Shown in pieces: positions 58,901 to 64,000 of a stretch of 64,000 nucleotides of DNA. Position 1 is the stretch's first letter. Every line of letters starts with the position of its first letter. This DNA comes from Oikopleura dioica (Eukaryota > Animalia > Chordata). The stretch spans positions 14,818,001 through 14,882,000 of the forward strand of contig OU015567.1 of assembly GCA_907165135.1 (NCBI GenBank), in the 5' to 3' direction. A program made the translations under genes and the position numbers. The notes below the pieces were generated by a model. The model saw nothing but the letters and a program-made list of their open reading frames with translations, did not search any database and was not told where the DNA came from.

Positions 58901-60651
58901 GCTCAATCAATGGCGGATCCTACCAATGTGGCTGTCCAAACGGCTTCTCTGGTAAAGACTGCCAAATCACCCCTTGCACAAACAACCCTTGCAATACTGG
59001 ATCATGCAATGTTGTAGGAGGTTCGTATCAATGTGATTGCCCTGATGGATTTTCTGGAAGTCAATGTCAAGTGACTCCTTGTACGGGAAGCCCTTGTCAA
59101 AACGGAGGCAGTTGCACTATCAGTGGCGGTTCCTATCAATGTGGTTGCTCCGAGGGTTTTTCAGGGAATAATTGTGAGGTCACGCCTTGTAGTGGGCATC
59201 CATGCCAGAATGGAGGCAGTTGCTCGATCAGTGGTGGATCATATCAATGTGGCTGTCCAAATGGCTTCTCTGGTCATAATTGCCAAATCACGCCTTGCAG
59301 TGGAAGCCCTTGTCAGAATGGCGGTAGCTGCTCGATCAGTGGCGGATCTTATCAATGTGGTTGTCCTGAAGGCTTTTCCGGAAACGATTGTCAAGTCACT
59401 CCCTGTTCCTCGAAGCCATGCTCTAACGGCGGAACATGCTCTATTGACGGCAGTTCATATACCTGCAGCTGTTCTGAGGGCTTCTCAGGCAATAATTGCC
59501 AGACAACACCTTGCACTAACAATCCGTGTGAGAACAGCGGCTCGTGTAATGTCGTCGGCGGGTCTTATCAATGCTCTTGTCTTGATGGATATTCGGGTAC
59601 CAATTGCGAAGTTAATCCATGCTCGGGCTCGCCTTGTCAGAATGGAGGTAGCTGTTCCATCAATGGCGGATCCTATGATTGCGCGTGTCCTGACGGTTAT
59701 TCTGGAAACAATTGTCAGATTGATCCGTGCTCATCTAATCCCTGTCAAAATAGTGGCGAGTGCTCTGTTTCGGGAAGCTCATTCCAGTGTCGCTGTCCTG
59801 AGGGCTTTTCCGGTCCTATTTGTGAGATTACGCCTTGCTCATCAAATCCATGCGAAAATAATGGCAGTTGTTCGATCAGCGGAAGTTCATTTCAATGCCA
59901 ATGTCCTCCTGGTTTCTCTGGAGATCGGTGCCAAAATACTCCGTGCACAGGTGAACCTTGTCAGAATGGCGGAACGTGCTCGATTAATGGAGGCTCTTAC
60001 CAATGTACATGCCCAGAAGGATATTCAGGAAGTCAGTGCGAGCTTGATCCCTGTAGCGGTGGACCGTGTCAAAATGGTGGCTCCTGCTTTGTCGATGGAG
60101 GGTCCTATATCTGCGAGTGTAGCCCTGGGTTCTCTGGACGTGACTGCGAGCTAAATCCCTGTTCTAATAACCCATGCGCAAACGGCGGATCTTGTACTGT
60201 TGACGGAAGTGGCTACGAGTGTACGTGTGCCGAAGGGTTTTTCGGAAATGATTGCACGATAGAGCCAGAAATTGAAATTGATGGACTTGGAGAAGGTGAC
60301 TTGTTTTTCAATCACCGATGGTACGAGTCGATCAACCTTGCAACAGAGGGACATCCCTTTAGAGCGATTTGGGATGAAGAGAACGAAGGGTACATAATAA
60401 CGATGACCAGAGAAGATGGAGATGTGCAATACTGGAATAGCAATCAGGATGGAACCTATCTTATGTTCGGACCGAAGTACTCGTCGCGATACATGTTTCA
60501 TAAAATTTCTGATGGCTACGCTCGAATCTGCAACAATCAAGATCCCGAGCAATGTCTCGGGGCTGATTTAACTGAAGGAGCTGACATTAAGTTTGTGAGT
60601 ATCGTTACAGATACGACTTCTCAAACTATTTGGAAAATAACAAGAGTCTAA
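52902..60651 (+). CDS. Giant EGF-repeat protein (roughly 55-60 tandem EGF modules) with N-terminal TM segment, Ser/Thr stalk and a C-terminal beta-trefoil-like domain; 5' end unresolved
   Basis: ORFs 53389-57627 and 57634-60651 are arrays of C-x4-C-x5-C-x8-10-C-x-C-x8-C. Upstream exons encode IITVIGAIIVVIGVGVTIPLVIHF. A GC-AG intron at 57588-57692 restores the EGF register. Confidence 0.93.
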
Positions 60652-61974
60652 CTTAGTATTTTTCAATAAATCCTGACATTTTTCTTTCCTGCCAAAAGTT
60701 CACAAGCAAAAATGATTCGGCCATAAGAAACGTACCTTTTCTCCAATAGTAATTGCGTTCATTGGCGAAACTGACGTTATCTTTTCATGATTCTCTATCT
60801 CTGTCTGTACATTATCCTGTCTCTCGCTAATAAAAAATAGTAAAAGATTCCGTTTTAATCAGTCCTTGTAAATTTATGTAGATAGTCATCTCGCGTCTTG
60901 GTCCGAGGAAGTTTAACCCAGTTTCTAGCGTGAAACTTAACCAGAACGTTGTCGTGTTCACGTCAGTAATTAGAGAGTAAATCCATCATTGTTAGCTCCA
61001 AGAATAAAGATAATTTGTCCAAAGTATTAAATACCGCATCACGCTCTTTGATAAGGCCCTTTTCAATGTGATGAAATCTCAAGTGTCAACTTCCTGAGAT
61101 TTTTAGCGCCTTCCGGACCTCTTGGAGCTTCTGTTTTCGAGTTGTTAAAAACAAGCTCTTAATCCTCCTAATCAACTTCTTAACTAGATTCGTTCATTCA
61201 AAATGAAATTTTCGCGTTCGAGAGCAATTAACCTTTCGATTGCTTCATTAAAAATTTCATTAATCGATTCTCTTCTGGCAGCTAGACAAAATGGCGAAAA
61301 ACAATGAAAAGTGATTCGTAGACAAAAAATAATTGAAATCAAATGAAGCCGGAAAAATGATCAAAAAGTGAGCTAACCTTGTTTGTGCGAAGTGTGATTG
61401 TCTATGTGAACAAATCTGCCTTCGCTATGCATAATTTTTTCTCACAAAAATAGTTGAAAAGAGCGCATCTGGCACGACACTTGCATCAGAGGCGGCGGCG
61501 GGGAATGAAAATGAACGGGCGAGATTGTGCACCGACCGGTCGCATTCCCAGCCGAAATCTCAAGCCTCTTTCAGGCAGACGTCGTTTGAGCCCGTCACGA
61601 GTTAGTTTGGTGTTAAAATTGATATTGTTTTTTAGACTCGTTCGTCAACACTTGTTTTTCGTGAGCCAGAATCGTTGCTTCTTCTTTTGATTCCGGGAGC
61701 TGGAACACGCTTAAATGATTTGACGATCAAGAGGAGGTCCGAGCTTCGTCACGTTTCATGAACTTGTTTGCGAAAAAAAAAAATAAAACCGCCAACCGCG
61801 AAAAACAGCATCCGACAGTTTGCGGCTTCGCAGCTTTGATGCATCTCTAAACATCAAATTGCAAATAGAAAAAATAAATTCCAAGTGGCCGTCTCAAGAA
61901 CCTTTTCCAGAAATAAGCGTGAAGTGAATCAAATGTTAGTTTTTTCATGTTTTCATTAAGAGTGGTTGAAAAAA

Positions 61975-62270
61975 TGCAGATTTTTGAGAATTTTTTCTCG
62001 AAAATTTTGACAATTTTTTTGTTTGAGAAATTTTTTTTCTCAAAAATTTTCATAAATTTTTTTCTCAAAAATTTGACAATTTTTTTTGAAATTTTTTTTT
62101 CTCGAAAATTTGACAATTTTTTTTGAAAATTTTTTTTTCTCAAAAATTTTGAGAGTTTTTTGGGTAATTTTTTTTCTCGATAATTTTGACAATTTCTTTC
62201 TGAGATTTTTTTTCTCAAAAATTATGACAATTTTTTTGCGAAATTTTTCTCGAACGGACTTGTTTTCCTG
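61975..62270. repeat. AT-rich degenerate tandem repeat (ttttttctc(g/a)aaaatt(t)tgacaa units)
   Basis: About 8 imperfect units visible. Confidence 0.8.
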
Positions 62271-62323
62271 AAATTTAAAAAAGCCATTCTAAATTATCAA
62301 CAAAAAACGACTCATTAGCATCT

Positions 62324-64000
62324 TTAGACATGTCTGAGAAGAAGATCATCTCGAAGATTTATTTCCACTTTGTCGGGATTGGCAGTCTTGTTGCTTCTCC
62401 CACCAAATCTCAGACTGGACTTTTGTAACGACAAAAAGGCAGGGTGCTCGTTTCTAACCAAGAAAGTGGAAATAATAAGCAGTTTACGGGCGCCGTGGCG
62501 ATTAACTTTTGGATTGTGTAAAAGTCGCTTTGCAGTCGCTTTATCAGCCTGGCTCAATTATCAGCTAAATTCGCGAAACGAGCGGGAAACGATAAAAACT
62601 TACAGAACACTTTCTTTCATCATTTATCGAGAGGATCAGCCGCGCAGTCCGGATATCACATTGCTTAATATTTTAAGAAGTTCTAGCCAGAAAGGAGTTC
62701 CAGAGGTTGAGATCGGTTAGAGCATACTACTAGTCTTAGGAACAAACTGATAAGAGCGACTCTTATCGACAGCTTTCATGCAACTCGTGAATATCAATCA
62801 ATATATACAGTAATTATACTTAGAAAAGCAAAATGCAGTTATTCGCCAGTAAGATTTCAGTATGGTTGTAATATAAAATAGGGGATCCCTTTTACCCTAA
62901 CAATTTTTAAGGATATCCGTGCCCAAACTCGCTGTGAAAGCAATTTTAAGGGACTAAACCAAAAACGGAAGTGAATTTTGGGATAACCATTAAGATTGCT
63001 GTATTTGGCTTACCGGCCAATCAAAATCCAGATCCATAAAATCACTTCTATATTTTGGTTTAACCCTTTTAAGGGGTATTCATCTAAAATCTTGATAGGT
63101 CAAGAATGCCTCCACTCTATTGTGGTCCTGCTCTGCTCTCTAGTCTAACTGTAGCCTCTAGATAACACAGAAAAGGGTAGTTTAGGTGTTGTATTCAAGT
63201 TAGGTGAACACGGACTTGTACACTGAATTGTGTTATGGTTGCACAGACTGAACGCAGTGGAAAAGCGGCGGGCGCCTCCAGATCTCTATCAGATCTAACG
63301 GCTTCTTGCTGACCTAACAGCTCCCCAGTCTTCGAAGTCTTCTGACGATTGGAGACTCTAGAATTGAAGAAAGAAGTGTAGAGATGATCCAGCGGAAGAT
63401 GTCCAATAGGAGTAGAGATGAAAGCGGTGCTGAGCCAAGCGTTTCAATTTGTGATGCGCGTTGAGAAGATCGAACCAAGCGAGTAGAAATTATGCAGTAA
63501 GTTGTCCAAACAAGAAGGTTTACCTTGGTTGGGCACTCATGTTTTGGAACAATGAGTGGCGCGTTAGCGACTTGGTTAGAGCATAGTTCCAGTTGGCTGA
63601 TCAGAACCTGTTGCCAATCAAAGGCGCAACTTTGACGGAGGTTTTGAATATCATCCAGCTCCCCAAACTTTCGGCAAGGCATGAAGTTGGAAGAAGGTTC
63701 TAGATGAAGCAGACGGGCGGTTTCGCATCGCGTCCAGGTAAGCATCCCCAAATACATGTTTCTTCTCCAATGAGCATTTGAAGTCCAGGAAATGTCGACA
63801 TCGACGAGAAGAGTATTTCGGATGATCGTGGCACTTGAATTCTCGCTATTTTCGGACCAGTGCGCGTCCAAAAATTTCGGCGAGCTGAAGCTCTTTTGAG
63901 CCAGAGGCGCTTGGGCGTAGCTACAAAAGCATCAGAAGCAGCAAGGTCGAGCAATTCGCTGTAGCTATCTTCAGATGAAATCGACGAGTCAGCACTTACA
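62324..64000 (-). CDS. Probable multi-exon gene of unknown family, entering from the right edge
   Basis: Long open frames 63314-63954 with a donor-like AAG|GTAAAC at about 63525; ORF 62324-62557. No motif recognised. Confidence 0.3.

Noticed and set aside
53666-60552. Many alternative-frame and antisense ORFs
   Set aside because: Shadows of the repetitive EGF coding sequence.
60700-61760. Coiled-coil or retroelement ORF1 remnant on the minus strand
   Set aside because: Frames are broken by stops, with no RT or endonuclease motifs nearby.

Overview
Eukaryotic, not prokaryotic: AT-rich, gene-dense DNA with very short introns (about 30-100 nt) and some GA-AG and GC-AG introns. This fits a larvacean tunicate such as Oikopleura dioica (taxon inferred, not shown directly). 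1-31 kb is gene-dense. It holds a SynGAP/DAB2IP-type RasGAP, PDP1, an SRSF10-like SR protein, a histidine ammonia-lyase (HAL) homolog, a TOM40-like porin, TBC-like, 4-TM and C1q genes, a profilin-like gene, tRNA-Ile(AAT), a cGMP-dependent kinase, two GT31-like glycosyltransferases, C-type lectins and a RING protein. 31-52 kb is MITE-rich (8-bp-TSD families plus a TTAA element), with gene fragments and a hidden helical-repeat/KH gene. 53-60.6 kb encodes a giant EGF-repeat protein with an N-terminal membrane anchor. Two signals stand out. The HAL homolog is intact but has lost the Ala-Ser-Gly motif that forms the MIO cofactor. A hAT-type MITE sits inside a coding exon and could be removed exactly as a new GG-AG intron. 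All gene models were assembled by eye, so boundaries are approximate.
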